From assembly GCF_001194135.2 (NCBI RefSeq), contig NC_068986.1, forward strand, positions 78,165,394 to 78,229,393: 64,000 nucleotides of DNA. Reading direction: 5' to 3'. The notes under the pieces were generated by a model. The model did not search any database. It saw nothing but the letters and a program-made list of their open reading frames with translations, and was not told where the DNA came from. The DNA comes from Octopus bimaculoides (taxonomy: Eukaryota). Below are positions 51,316-63,712 of the stretch, piece after piece; within the stretch, counting starts at the first letter, position 1; each line of letters starts with the position of its first letter. Made by a program: the position numbers and the translations under genes.

Positions 51316-51934
51316 CATATATACACACGTACATATACGTATACACAACAAGCTTCTTTTCAATTTCTATCAAAGTCATTCACAAGGCTTTGGTCAGTTT
51401 GGCACAACAATAGAAGACACTTGCTTAAGGTGATTGAACTCAAAACCAATATAAACACATACATCACATACATACAAACATCCATACACGTGAGTGTGTT
51501 TGTGTGTGTGTATATATATGTATGTATTCACATAATGAAAGTGGTTTGTTCTAAGGATGTAATGTCTCCATTAATCAATGAAAAGTTTGTTGGAAACAGC
51601 TGTAGTGAATTGACACATTATCCATCTGTTGTTATAAGTGTATATATATATTTATGTGTGTATGTGTGTGCATATATCTATATATGTATATGTTTGTATG
51701 TGTGCAGACACACATACATGTAATATAAACATATTTATTAGTTACATTAGCTCTGCATACAAACATAGAACAAGATTTACCCATGCGCAGATATCATCAC
51801 ATGCATGAAATTATTTAAATAAGCACATATTTCTTCTATGTGAATGATTATTTGACTGGCATTTAGAATATATATATACCAAGAGTCTATATTTTTAGTC
51901 TTGAAATATTCTTTTTAAACTAGCATTCTTTCAG

Positions 51935-51972
51935 ATTTGATGTGGTGCTGCAAGATTGCTTCATTTTGCAAT
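51935..51972 (+). CDS. Candidate internal exon (FDVVLQDCFILQ)
   Basis: Acceptor tagcattctttcag, weak donor gtaata. In phase with 52084. Confidence 0.3.
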
Positions 51973-52083
51973 GTAATAATTCTGTGCATCTATTTTCCAT
52001 TCCTACTATCTTTTGTACACACACACATGCACACTTATTTATATGTGTGTGTGTTGGACAGCATTAATTTGTGGTTTATTCAG

Positions 52084-52169
52084 CTGAGAAGCCATTACTT
52101 TGGCTAACTGTTAAAAGAAGCTCCTGTTTAAAAATTTGGAGACAGTTCAATATATTAAAAGAGAAACAG
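52084..52169 (+). CDS. Candidate internal exon (EKPLLWLTVKRSSCLKIWRQFNILKEKQ)
   Basis: Acceptor gtggtttattcag, donor cag|gtaatg, 86 nt, single open frame. Confidence 0.45.
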
Positions 52170-52230
52170 GTAATGCGAAAAGTAAAATTAGACTTTCTGA
52201 AAGATGAATGGGTACTTGAAAGGTACTGAA

Positions 52231-52365
52231 TAACTAGTCAACATAATATCAACATAATGTGTAAAACAGTGAACTAGTCAACATATTATCATGAACTGTA
52301 GTGAACAAGTCAACATTGCTGTCATGAAACACAGTGAACTAGTTGACATACTATTGTGAAAGCAA
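52231..52365. repeat. ~32-bp minisatellite, about 4 degenerate units
   Basis: agtgaactagtcaacatattatcatgaa.. repeated. Confidence 0.75.
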
Positions 52366-52899
52366 TAAATACTTTAAAGTGATAAAGATAAATTTATAAA
52401 ATATAGGAATTGTAAGCTCTCTGAAAGTACACAGATGCTAACTGCAGAAGTACATAATCAAGGATATAGTTTTCATAGATTATATTTTGAATGATATAAA
52501 CTGTTATACACTATATATTGAAAGAAAGAGATGTTAGAGACCAACATAGAAGGGCATAGATATTAGAGAATGGGATAATCTGTAGCTTTGTGGTGAGGTT
52601 GACTGATTCATGATCATAAAGAGTTCGATTCCTGAACTAAGTAGTGTGTTGTGTTCTTGAGTAAGGTCCATCGTTTCATATTGTTCCAATTTACTGAAAA
52701 TGAATACCAGATGATTGCTAGTGAACCTCTTTCCTTCTTTCAGTTATTCAGCCTGGATGTTCTACTAAGTCAATGTTTGCAGGACTGAAAGTGTGTATAT
52801 ATCTGCTCATGACTAGAAAGGAAGCCAAAGCAATAAAGTGAAAGTGCACTAACAATTCTGCCATCTCGCCACCTCAGCAGTAACAATAATAACAACAGC

Positions 52900-53107
52900 A
52901 TTTAAAAATTTTGGTACGCAACCAGTAAGTTCGGTGGGAGGCAGTAAGTTGATTACATTGACCCCAATTGTTTTACTTAATGTATTGATTCTCAAAAGAT
53001 GAAAGGCAAACTCAATCATGGCAGAATTTGAAGTCAGAACACAAAGATGGACGAAATGCTGCTAATTATTTTGCCCAACGTGTTAAGGATTCAGCCAGAT
53101 CACCACC

Positions 53108-53108
<1 letters not shown>
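52900..53108 (-). mobile_element. SINE family B copy
   Basis: aaaagatgaaaggcaaactc core; head ..ttcagccagatcaccacctt. Confidence 0.75.
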
Positions 53109-53154
<46 letters not shown>

Positions 53155-53155
<1 letters not shown>

Positions 53156-53877
53156 TCTCTGGCTGCCCAGTCCTGGCTAAGAAGGAATATATTCACAGAC
53201 ACGAGAGAGCTGGGACCTATATACACTGGAAGCTATGCGAACACTATGGAATAACAACAGAAAAAAGATGGTATAAACACACGCCAGAAAAGGTCACAGA
53301 AAATGAGAAAGCAACCATACTCTGGGATATGCCAATACACACAGATAGAGAAATTAAGGCAAATAGACCAGATATAGTTGTCAAAGACCATGAAGAAAAA
53401 AAATGCTTTCTAATTGATGTATCAATACCAGCAGNNNNNNNNNNNNNNNNNNNNNNNNNNNNNNNNNNNNNNNNNNNNNNNNNNNNNNNNNNNNNNNNNN
53501 NNNNNNNNNNNNNNNNNNNNNNNNNNNNNNNNNNNNNNNNNNNNNNNNNNNNNNNNNNNNNNNNNNNNNNNNNAAAGACCTGGAAATAGAGATAACTCAA
53601 ATGTGGAATCTAAAAACAGAAACAATTCCTATCATAGTAGGTGCCTTAGGTATAATAAAAAAATATTCAGACAAATACATAACAAAAACACCAGGACTTA
53701 CAAATATATATAACATACAGAAAATTGCACTACTGGGTACTGCACACATTCTACGCAAAACACTTTCAATACAGTAAACATAAGAGCACCACAGCAAACC
53801 ACAGCACATACCCAAGGCACACAGAGCTGCGCTCAGTAGTGAAGTGAAAGCACATTATAAAAATAAAACTACTGAAC
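53155..53877 (+). mobile_element. 5'-truncated R4/Dong-clade non-LTR retrotransposon (zinc-knuckle end plus restriction-like endonuclease)
   Basis: SGCPVLAKKEYIHRH..ILWDMPIHTDREIKANRPDIVVKDHEEKKCFLIDVSIP [gap] KDLEIEITQMWNLKTETIPIIVGALG..IQKIALLGTAHILRKTLSIQ* (stop 53775-53777). The RPD..IDV pattern is the PD-(D/E)xK motif. Flanked by (AAT)n on both sides. Confidence 0.9.
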
Positions 53878-53918
<41 letters not shown>

Positions 53919-53919
53919 T

Positions 53920-54461
53920 GATGCACTGATGCAGTACCAGGCAGTGGCACTCATGGCTCCTGATCTTAACTGATTGGAAGTGTCATTGTGTACATTGCTT
54001 GGTATTGGTATAAAAGACGGGCTATACCAAATATTCTGCTCAATACCATAGATTTGCTTCTCGGTTGTTTGACCTTAACCAGTTAAGAATATCCTTTGGT
54101 GGCTGATAATATCTGTATCTCTGATCACAAGCAGGAATAGTTGGGGTGCATCATAGCCATGTGTTGAGAGGAATTCTTTGGAGTTTGAATAATTCACCTT
54201 TGGAAACATGAAATGTTCATTCAACATCTTTAAACAACCCTTATTCAAAGACCTTTCGACCTGAAGAAAATTCTAACTGGGCCCCCACCTGCAAGGCCAT
54301 GCCCTGTTTATCTCGATATGAGATCACCATGTTGTGCACATGTGGTAGTGATACTTGAGCCTCACATTCCCTTATCAGATGAGTAGTCATCATGATGGGT
54401 ATATTGAGCTTCGTATATTTTACCCAGTGTCACCTTGATGGCATGTACTGCTCTCTCACTC
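53920..54461 (+). mobile_element. ~540-bp non-coding element embedded in (AAT)n
   Basis: Flanked by (AAT)n at 53878-53916 and 54462-54565. Partial copies at 12555-12885 and 61767-61878 (opposite strand). No long ORF. Orientation is inferred. Confidence 0.75.
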
Positions 54462-54476
54462 AATAATAATAATAAC

Positions 54477-54535
<59 letters not shown>

Positions 54536-54697
54536 TAATAATAATAACGATAATAATAATAATAAAGGAAGTGCCAACCTATTCATTTCAAACAAAACTA
54601 CTAATACATACAAAATTAATATATCCATTTATCAACAAATCCACCTGTAGTAAATGCTTGTATTCACTTGTTCAGCCAACTAATCAGCATCTGTACG

Positions 54698-54744
<47 letters not shown>

Positions 54745-55547
54745 GCACATAACGTATCATGCCCTTGAGACTGAAAGTACATAAACACAATAACAGATTA
54801 TAAAACAAAAATAAAAGGGGGTGAAAAAAAACGCCGACAAAAAAAACTGATTTCTTCTGGAAGAGGAAATGACTGCATAAGCTAGATTGAGTTTCAGTTA
54901 CATGAAGAATAGATGAGAATCATCAAATAAATAATATACATTGACAGATATTCCCTTCTCTCAATTATATTGGAAAGGAAGCAGAGACCTATTAATGAAA
55001 CTGTGATTAGTGTAGACAATGATGAACCATTTCTAATGTCAGGCTTTAAATATTCATACAAAAATAAATATTGAACCATCTCTCTCTCTCTCCATATATA
55101 TATATATAGTTTGCATGCTATATGCATATACGTCATGGACTAGCAAAATGATTCATTTCTGATCCTGTTTGAGTACATGATATTGATAAACCACAAAAAT
55201 GGAGAAACATTGATGTCTATCACGCCTAGATGAGATTAGAGGTGAGTTATCTTGCCTGTCCATGACATTCAGGGGTTTTAACACCAGATGCTCTGAGAGA
55301 GAGTATTTGCCACCATTGCAACCCACAGGCAAATGCATGAAGCATATACATTAAGTGTATGTGGTTGATAATATATATATATATATATACCAGAATAAGC
55401 ACATAAATATGAAATAAGGTGATAAGTAAATAGTACTCGAACACCGGAGGTAGAGTAATATGCTTTTGTGATGTTGTTGCAACTTTATCAATTAAATATA
55501 TATATATACACACACATACACACACACATATACATATATAGACACAA

Positions 55548-55705
55548 GAGTGACTGTGTGGTAAAAAGTTTACTTTCCAACCACATGATTCTGAGTTCAG
55601 TCCCACTGCGTGGCACCTTGGGATAGGGTCTTCTACTATAGCTTCAGGCTGACCAAAGCCTTGTGAGTGGACTTGCTAGAAGGAAACTGAAAGAAGCCCG
55701 TTGTA
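55548..55705 (+). mobile_element. SINE family C 5' half
   Basis: gtgactgtgtggtaaaaagtttac..gagttcagtcccactgcgtggcaccttggg. Confidence 0.8.
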
Positions 55706-55956
55706 TATATATATATATATTCGGTAATCTAAAGCCTGAAAGAGAGTCTTCTGTTAAAGGCCTGTGAAACTTTATGTGACATGGAGTCAAATCAAGTAAT
55801 TTTAAATAATACACCCCCCCACCCACACACATAAAATGCGATATAAAATGCAGATGAAACACACAGCAAACCTTGCTAGTTCAAATTGTTGTTTGTGTAT
55901 ATCGCAATAACTCAAGTAAGGATATACTTTGCAGTGTTTCTATTATAATTCACTAG

Positions 55957-55995
55957 ATCATAATTGCAGATCCAGCCACAACAGAGTTCATGAAA
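55957..55995 (+). CDS. Candidate exon (IIIADPATTEFMK), or start of a terminal exon to 56088
   Basis: Acceptor attataattcactag, donor gtaaag, phase 0 compatible with 52169. Confidence 0.25.
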
Positions 55996-56598
55996 GTAAA
56001 GCAAAGAGAATGTGCAAATCCTGTTTATTATAATATTAAGTCAAAAACTGATGGATCACACTTTTGTTACTACAAGTTTCATGCATGAGTGAAATACAGG
56101 TGAGCAAAAGTACTATTTTTCAGCAGAACAGTATTAAAAAAAAACGTCCAATTATTTAAAGCAGGTCACATGGCCAAAGCTATTGCAGGCAAGGAGGAAA
56201 TGGTTGAACTACAATGTAAAAAAAAAAAATGTGTCAATAACTTTAGAATAAGCAAAAGAAATTACTCCATGTAGATTGTAAGATCTGATTTGGATAATTT
56301 ATTTCATATGATCTAGTGTTCAGATACCTGGAAATATTTCAGGCAGAAAGTACTCTGATATTAATGGTTAAATAACAATTTATTTTTTCTGTTGAAGGAT
56401 GCTATTGGCTGATTCTATATCTGGAACTTAGGCAAAACATACATTTATGGAATCCATTGGAAGGTAGATTAGCTCTACAGATCATGTTGCATGTTATTTA
56501 AAGTTAGTTGGATTCTTGGTCCTTGGGTTTTCAGAATAAAAAAAAAACAGAATAAGGAAGTGGAATTTTCTTTGTTCCATGACACAAAATAAGTAAGG

Positions 56599-57245
56599 AA
56601 ACACTGCCAAATCAGATTGGAGCCTGGTGTAGCCATCTGGTTTCACCAGTCCTCAGTCAAATCGTCCAACCCATGCTAGCATGGAAAGCGGACGTTAAAC
56701 GAGACGACGATATATATGTGCTGTGCGTGAGAAGACCCGGCAAGCCAAGTGAGATCGTTGCCAGTGCCCCTGGACTGGCTCTTGTGTGGGTGGCACATAA
56801 GATGCACCATTTTGAGCGTGACTGTTGCCAGTGCCGCCTGACTGGNNNNNNNNNNNNNNNNNNNNNNNNNNNNNNNNNNNNNNNNNNNNNNNNNNNNNNN
56901 NNNNNNNNNNNNNNNNNNNNNNNNNNNNNNNNNNNNNNNNNNNNNNNNNNNNNNNNNNNNNNNNNNNNNNNNNNNNNNNNNNNNNNNNNNNNNNNNNNNN
57001 NNNNNNNNNNNNNNNNNNNNNNNNNNNNNNNNNNNNNNNNNNNNNNNNNNNNNNNNNNNNNNNNNNNNNNNNNNNNNNNNNNNNNNNNNNNNNNNNNNNN
57101 NNNNNNNNNNNNNNNNAGGAAACACTGCCAAATCAGATTGGAGCCTGGTGTAGCCATCTGGTTTCACCAGTCCTCAGTCAAATCGTCCAACCCATGCTAG
57201 CATGGAAAGCGGACGTTAAACGATGATGATGATGATGATGATGTT
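56599..57245 (+). mobile_element. Young RTE 3' end copies (family A) around an assembly gap
   Basis: Family motifs. 56599-56702 is repeated identically at 57118-57222. Confidence 0.8.
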
Positions 57246-57280
57246 AACGGCCGCAATCTTTGAAGCTCTATGAAGTTCCT

Positions 57281-57505
57281 TTAACCCTTTGGTATTCAGA
57301 TTACTCTATCAAATGTAATGCTTCTTTCAAATTGTTTTGAATTCATCACACATTATCTTGTGACTTTGAGATTTTGATGATATGATTGTCTATTTTTAGA
57401 ATGACATTGTAGGGTAGGTATAAGAGACTAAATTCACTCAGTTTGAACATAAAACAAGTAGAATATTTGGGCCAGATATGGCCAGCTTGAATGCTAATGG
57501 GTTAA
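57281..57505. mobile_element. TTAA-flanked piggyBac-like MITE
   Basis: ttaaccctttggtattc ... gaatgctaatgggttaa. Confidence 0.8.
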
Positions 57506-57755
57506 ATACCAGCCAAGGGATTTATGGATACTCAATAATACAGATCTTTAATTTGATTGTTATATGCTGGAGTTAAGGCTGTGTGAACGTGAGCTTTTGA
57601 GTGAAGCATGTAATATGAGAAGTTATGTTGTCCTGGCAAAGACTGTTGACTATAACACTGTCTCCATTTAATAGATAAAATAAATAGATATCACACTGAA
57701 ATATGTCCTGATGACAAGGCAGTAGCATGACCACAATGACTAAAACTAATCAGAG

Positions 57756-57801
<46 letters not shown>

Positions 57802-58039
57802 NNNNNNNNNNATATATATATATATATATATATATGGACAAATCAAAAATCAAAAAAAAAAACAGGGAAAAATAACAAAAGTCAATTAGACGTACACAGT
57901 GAATATATTAGATTGACAGGCGGTGAAAGTTTTAGATGGAAAAATAACAGCGATGCACACTCATGTATTTATATATACATACACGTGTGTGTGTATATAT
58001 GTATTAATATATATGTGTGTGTGTATGTATGTGTATGTA

Positions 58040-58090
<51 letters not shown>

Positions 58091-58509
58091 CAGTGAATAT
58101 GTTAGATTGACACACAGTGAGAGTTTTAGATGGAAAAATAAGAGCGATACACACACACATATATATATCAGTGAATATGTTAGACTGTGTGTGTGTGTGT
58201 ACGTGTATGTATGTATAAATACACACACACACACACACACATACATATATATATGCTTATAAGAAGCTACTTGGATGGAAATGAAGCTATAAAATATATT
58301 TAACAAAAATACCTGGTTACTAAGATGAAAAATATGTGGCCAGAATTACCTATAAGAATCGAATCACACAAGGCCATGATATCACAACATTAAGGAAACC
58401 TGACCATTTCAACTTAGAATCTTTAACTTTATGTGTAACAAGTGAGTACAAATTTTTGATTCCTCTGGATCATTTGTAAACTTGAAGAATTTCATTTACA
58501 CACACATAT

Positions 58510-58550
<41 letters not shown>

Positions 58551-59074
58551 CACACACACATACACACATACACGCACACACCCACACATACATTTGCACA
58601 CACAAAAACACACATAAATGTAGAAGATAAATTAGGTATTTTCCCCATCACTGAAGGTTTCACATAACTGATGTCAGTCAACCACATTCATCAATACGTT
58701 TCAAATGTATTAAAACTCACTGCTGAATGTGAATAATTGATGTGAACCACAAAATTCCTTTGGTTTTGAAGAAATAATGATGTTTACCAACACATTTATA
58801 ACAGTCTCAAAACGTAATTAAAGCGTGTTNNNNNNNNNNNNNNNNNNNNNNNNNNNNNNNNNNNNNNNNNNNNNNNNNNNNNNNNNNNNNNNNNNNNNNN
58901 NNNNNNNNNNNNNNNNNNNNNNNNNNNNNNNNNNNNNNNNNNNNNNNNNNNNNNNNNNNNNNNNNNNNNNNNNNNNNNNNNNNNNNNNNNNNNNNNNNNN
59001 NNNNNNNNNNNNNNNNNNNNNNNNNNNNNNNNNNNNNNNNNNNNNNNNNNNNNNNNNNNNNNNNNNNNNNNNNN

Positions 59075-59125
<51 letters not shown>

Positions 59126-59284
59126 TCAATTGTCACTAACTGTGACTGAGGGTGCAGGGTAGCACCAACATTGCTAGACATAAGAGTTAGAGACCCTTAG
59201 AACTGCAAAAGAAGCACATGTCAATGTGCTGACAAGGGAGATAACATTTATTCTTATTTCTAGCAAGGTAGGTGCTACCCTGCA

Positions 59285-59632
59285 TCAGTTGTGGTGTGCA
59301 AGAGAGACGATTGCGCTGGTATGGTCATGTGGCGAGAATGGATGAGGATAGCTGTGTGAAAAAGTGCCACACCCTAGCGGTTGAGGGAACCTGTGGAAGA
59401 GGCAGGCCCAGGAAGACCTGGGATGAGATGGTGAAGTGCAACCTTCGAACATTGGGCCTCACCGAGGCAATGATTTCTGACCAAGACCTTTGGAAATATG
59501 CTGTGCATGAGAGGACCCGACAAGCCAAGTGAGACCAAAATCCAAGGCCTCTGCCAGGGATGTAGCCAGCCCACTTATGCGTACCTTTCCTTCATTGGAC
59601 ACTAAACTCCACTTGCGAAGCAAGTGAAATCG
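59285..59632 (+). mobile_element. RTE LINE ORF C-terminus plus start of 3'UTR (parent type of family A)
   Basis: CGVQERRLRWYGHVARMDEDSCVKKCHTLAVEGTCGRGRPRKTWDEMVK..DLWKYAVHERTRQAK*. The downstream sequence matches 700-810. Confidence 0.9.
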
Positions 59633-60318
59633 NNNNNNNNNNNNNNNNNNNNNNNNNNNNNNNNNNNNNNNNNNNNNNNNNNNNNNNNNNNNNNNNNNNN
59701 NNNNNNNNNNNNNNNNNNNNNNNNNNNNNNNNNNNNNNNNNNNNNNNNNNNNNNNNNNNNNNNNNNNNNNNNNNNNNNNNNNNNNNNNNNNNNNNNNNNN
59801 NNNNNNNNNNNNNNNNNNNNNNNNNNNNNNNNNNNNNNNNNNNNNNNNNNNNNNNNNNNNNNNNNNNNNNNNNNNNNNNNNNNNNNNNNNNNNNNNNNNN
59901 NNNNNNNNNNNNNNNNNNNNNNNNNNNNNNNNNNNNNNNNNNNNNNNNNNNNNNNNNNNNNNNNNNNNNNNNNNNNNNNNNNNNNNNNNNNNNNNNNNNN
60001 NNNNNNNNNNNNNNNNNNNNNNNNNNNNNNNNNNNNNNNNNNNNNNNNNNNNNNNNNNNNNNNNNNNNNNNNNNNNNNNNNNNNNNNNNNNNNNNNNNNN
60101 NNNNNNNNNNNNNNNNNNNNNNNNNNNNNNNNNNNNNNNNNNNNNNNNNNNNNNNNNNNNNNNNNNNNNNNNNNNNNNNNNNNNNNNNNNNNNNNNNNNN
60201 NNNNNNNNNNNNNNNNNNNNNNNNNNNNNNNNNNNNNNNNNNNNNNNNNNNNNNNNNNNNNNNNNNNNNNNNNNNNNNNNNNNNNNNNNNNNNNNNNNNN
60301 NNNNNNNNNNNNNNNNNN

Positions 60319-60375
<57 letters not shown>

Positions 60376-61019
60376 AATATATATATATATACATACACAT
60401 ATATATACATATATATATATGTATGTATAAATATATACATATGCATTTACATATGTATACATATAATGTTTTATATGTATATGTATATTTTATACATATA
60501 TATGTGTGTGTGTGAGTGTGCATGTGCATGTGTACATATAAACACACACATACATAAATTTTTCAGATTTCTAAAATACATTTTCTGGTTTTGTATTCTC
60601 TTCTTTTTCTCCTTCTTGCAGCTACTTCCCATTTTCAACTGACTTATAGCCATTAAAATTGGTAACTTGAAGAATACCAAATGTACTCTGCAGCAATTAT
60701 GAACTCTGACTTTTACCGTTGTATTTTTTAATGATATAATTGTGATGCTAAATTTAAGCAAACAAACCACTGAGTGCTTAGCTAAGAAAATAACTTTGTG
60801 ATCTTTTTTTTCTCTAATGGCAACAGTAGTTGTGGTGTTAATGGTGGTTGGTGGTTTACTGTGTTGCTGGAGTCAATGTTGATGTTAGGGAGTTGATAGT
60901 GCTGACATTTATATGCAGCTTCTGCTTGAAAGGGTGGTGGTGATGGTGGTGGTAGTAGTGTTTGTGTTGATGGTTATGGTGTATTGAGGCATTATTTAAT
61001 GTAGGAAATCATGCAGTCA

Positions 61020-61076
61020 TTGTTTAATCTATTACAAGTGATATTCTCATTACTATTATTATAATTATTACTATTA

Positions 61077-61119
<43 letters not shown>

Positions 61120-61316
61120 GAAGGTGACGAGCTGGCAGAAACTTTAGCATGTGAGGTAAAATACTTCGTGGTATTTCTTCTGTTTTTATGTTCTGGGTTC
61201 AAATTCTGCCGAGGTCGACTTCGCCTTTCATCCTTTCAGAGTTGATAAATTAAGTACCAGTTGCATGCTCAAAAATTTCAGGCCTTGTGTCTATAGTATA
61301 AAGGGTTCTTCTTCTT

Positions 61317-61347
<31 letters not shown>

Positions 61348-61550
61348 AGGTGATGAGCTGGCAGAATCATTGGCACACCAGTCAAAATGCTTAGTGGCAT
61401 TTTGTCCATCTTTACATTCTGAGTTCAGATGCCACCGAGGTCGACTTTGCCTTTCATCCTTTTGGGGTTGATAAATAAGTACCAGTTGATTACTGGGACT
61501 TATCCTCTCCCCTGAACTAGCTGGTCTTGTAGAAAAATTTGGAACCATTA
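61020..61550 (+). mobile_element. Two tandem family B SINEs within (ATT)n/(CTT)n tracts
   Basis: Heads aaggtga.gagctggcagaa at about 61101 and 61348; cores gaggtcgactt.gcctttcatcc. Confidence 0.85.
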
Positions 61551-61766
61551 TTATTATTATCATCATCATCATCATATTTTTTGTTGTTATTGTTCCTATT
61601 ATTGTTGTTATAGTTGTTATAATTATCATCATCATCATTAATATTTATTATTATTATTATTATTATTATCATTATTATTATAATTATTATTATAATTATT
61701 ATTATTATTATTACTATTATTATTATTATTATTATTATTATCATCATCATCATTATTATTATTATT

Positions 61767-61877
61767 GAGTGAGAGAGCAGTGCATGCCATCAAAGTGACA
61801 CTGGGGTAAAATATACAAAGCCCAATATACCCATCATGACTAACCATCTGATAAGGGTACACCAGACACATGCATCA

Positions 61878-61878
<1 letters not shown>
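61767..61878 (-). mobile_element. Truncated copy of the (AAT)n-associated element
   Basis: gagtgagagagcagtgcatgccatcaaagtgacactggggtaaaatatac is the reverse complement of about 54370-54461. (ATT)n on both sides. Confidence 0.85.
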
Positions 61879-61919
<41 letters not shown>

Positions 61920-62194
61920 TAGTAGTAGTAGTAGTAGTAGTAGTGGCAGTAGCAATAGTTCTACATTCACAATTTTGATAATATGCATGCCAATATGAGA
62001 AGTTTTGAACATCTGCAGGTAATGTGCCTGGTTGTTTTTCTCATTACACAAAAAAATTTTCAGAAGTAATAATGTCTGTATTTAGTTTTCTCATAACATA
62101 TTCATCGAAATTTATGGGATTTGTGCTTGAATTTTCATACACATACCCACATACATGGATACGCATATATGCATACATACATACATACATACAT

Positions 62195-62229
<35 letters not shown>

Positions 62230-63324
62230 CATTATATGTATAATGTATCAAAAATAGGACTATATATATATATATATATATATATATCATCATCAATGAT
62301 GATGATAATGATGATGATGATATAGGCATATTTTTGCTTAATTGCTTTTCTCATCAGTGTGAATGCCCATTCACTACATAAGCCTCTCTCTTTTTTTCCT
62401 CTCCTCTCTCTCTCTCTTTCCTCTTCTCTCTCCCTCTTGCGTCTTCTCTCTCTCTCCGTGTATATAGTATATATATGTGTGCGCATGTGTGTGCGTAAAA
62501 TATTTTACAAGATCATATAGTTGAGAAAAAGTGAATAAACTTAAAGAGTAGTCAATACCTCAGACAGAGTAAATATTTAAAGTGTAGGGTTATAGTTCCA
62601 GCAAATAGCATTCCATTACTCTGAGTGTTTCTAAATTGTCTGAATATATAAAGATACACTCACACACACACACACACACATATATATATGCATATATATG
62701 TAACATTTATATAGTTTTTATATGTTCATGCAACTGACGTTGTAGCCATTGTTTTATACCCCTGTAACATTCACCAGGTCATCTAGTGATGATCATCTTG
62801 TCTTTTTTGATGTTACTGACATAGTGTATCTAGGATTACATTGTCCAGTATGTCATTCCCTTGATTTATAGGCATTGAAGTGTGATTTGAAGGAGATTTG
62901 GTTACTATTTCTAGCAAGTGGTCCAACTAAACTCAAGCACTTCTTTCAGCTTATATGTAAGTAAAACATATAGAATCACTCTTTATATTGCACTACATAA
63001 AAGTATTACAGAAATATCTATCTGGGAATTTAATTCATTGAAGCAGATATAAAAATATCTGCTAAAGAAACTAACATACTAATCTGGTGTTCTTAGCTAA
63101 CAAAACATTATGTATGAATCAAATGAGGGATTCTAAGACACACTGCTTGGTTTACCTCATATAACTCACTGCTATAACTTGAAAATGCTTACATCTTTAG
63201 CTACAAGCACTTTGACTATCATTATATATGTTCTGCATTACTGCAGATTATGAAAGAAATTTAATGCTTTATAAAACGTTATTTAAAATGAGATAATAAA
63301 AGAGAAAAAAAATGACTGGCTGAC

Positions 63325-63402
63325 TACCTAAGTACCTACCCACAAACCTACCTATCCGATCCATCCACTATCAATCAATCAATCAACCTATCCATCTATC
63401 TA

Positions 63403-63433
<31 letters not shown>

Positions 63434-63542
63434 GTCTGTCTGTCTCTCTATCCGTCCACCCATCCATCCATTCATCCATCCATTCACCTACCTACCTACC
63501 TACTTACCTACCTACCAGTCTGTCTGTCTGTCTATCTATCAC
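63325..63542. repeat. Compound tetranucleotide microsatellite (CTAC/CAAT/CTAT/CTGT/CATC)
   Basis: Direct reading. Confidence 0.9.
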
Positions 63543-63682
63543 ATTGTTTAATACCCCTATGCCGAAGGAATTATATAAATAATTCACTAGAAAAATTATT
63601 TCTTATAAGTTTTATCAAGAATATTTTCCAAAGATGAATTTTAAGTATCTAATAAGCTTTCCTTTTTGTTTTCCTTGTATAG

Positions 63683-63712
63683 AGTATAATCTGAATAAAT
63701 TTTATTATTTAT
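63683..63712 (+). CDS. Candidate 30-nt exon (YNLNKFYYL)
   Basis: Very strong pyrimidine tract ending gtatag, donor gtaaag, one open frame. Confidence 0.2.

Noticed and set aside
56599-57222. Identical ~105-bp direct repeats either side of an N gap, looking like a tandem LINE duplication or LTR pair
   Set aside because: The second copy starts with agga, from the unique flank of the first, rather than the family consensus gtag. This points to duplicated contig ends.
59459-60547. Longest ORFs in the track (250-362 aa), also 44691-45378 and 11801-12491
   Set aside because: They are composed of N gaps and (TA)n/(GA)n repeats.
60640-60680. Very strong acceptor (ctcttctttttctccttcttgcag) and gtaact donor; similar cases at 27338 and 47641
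   Set aside because: Stops occur in all three frames before a usable donor. Could only be non-coding exons.
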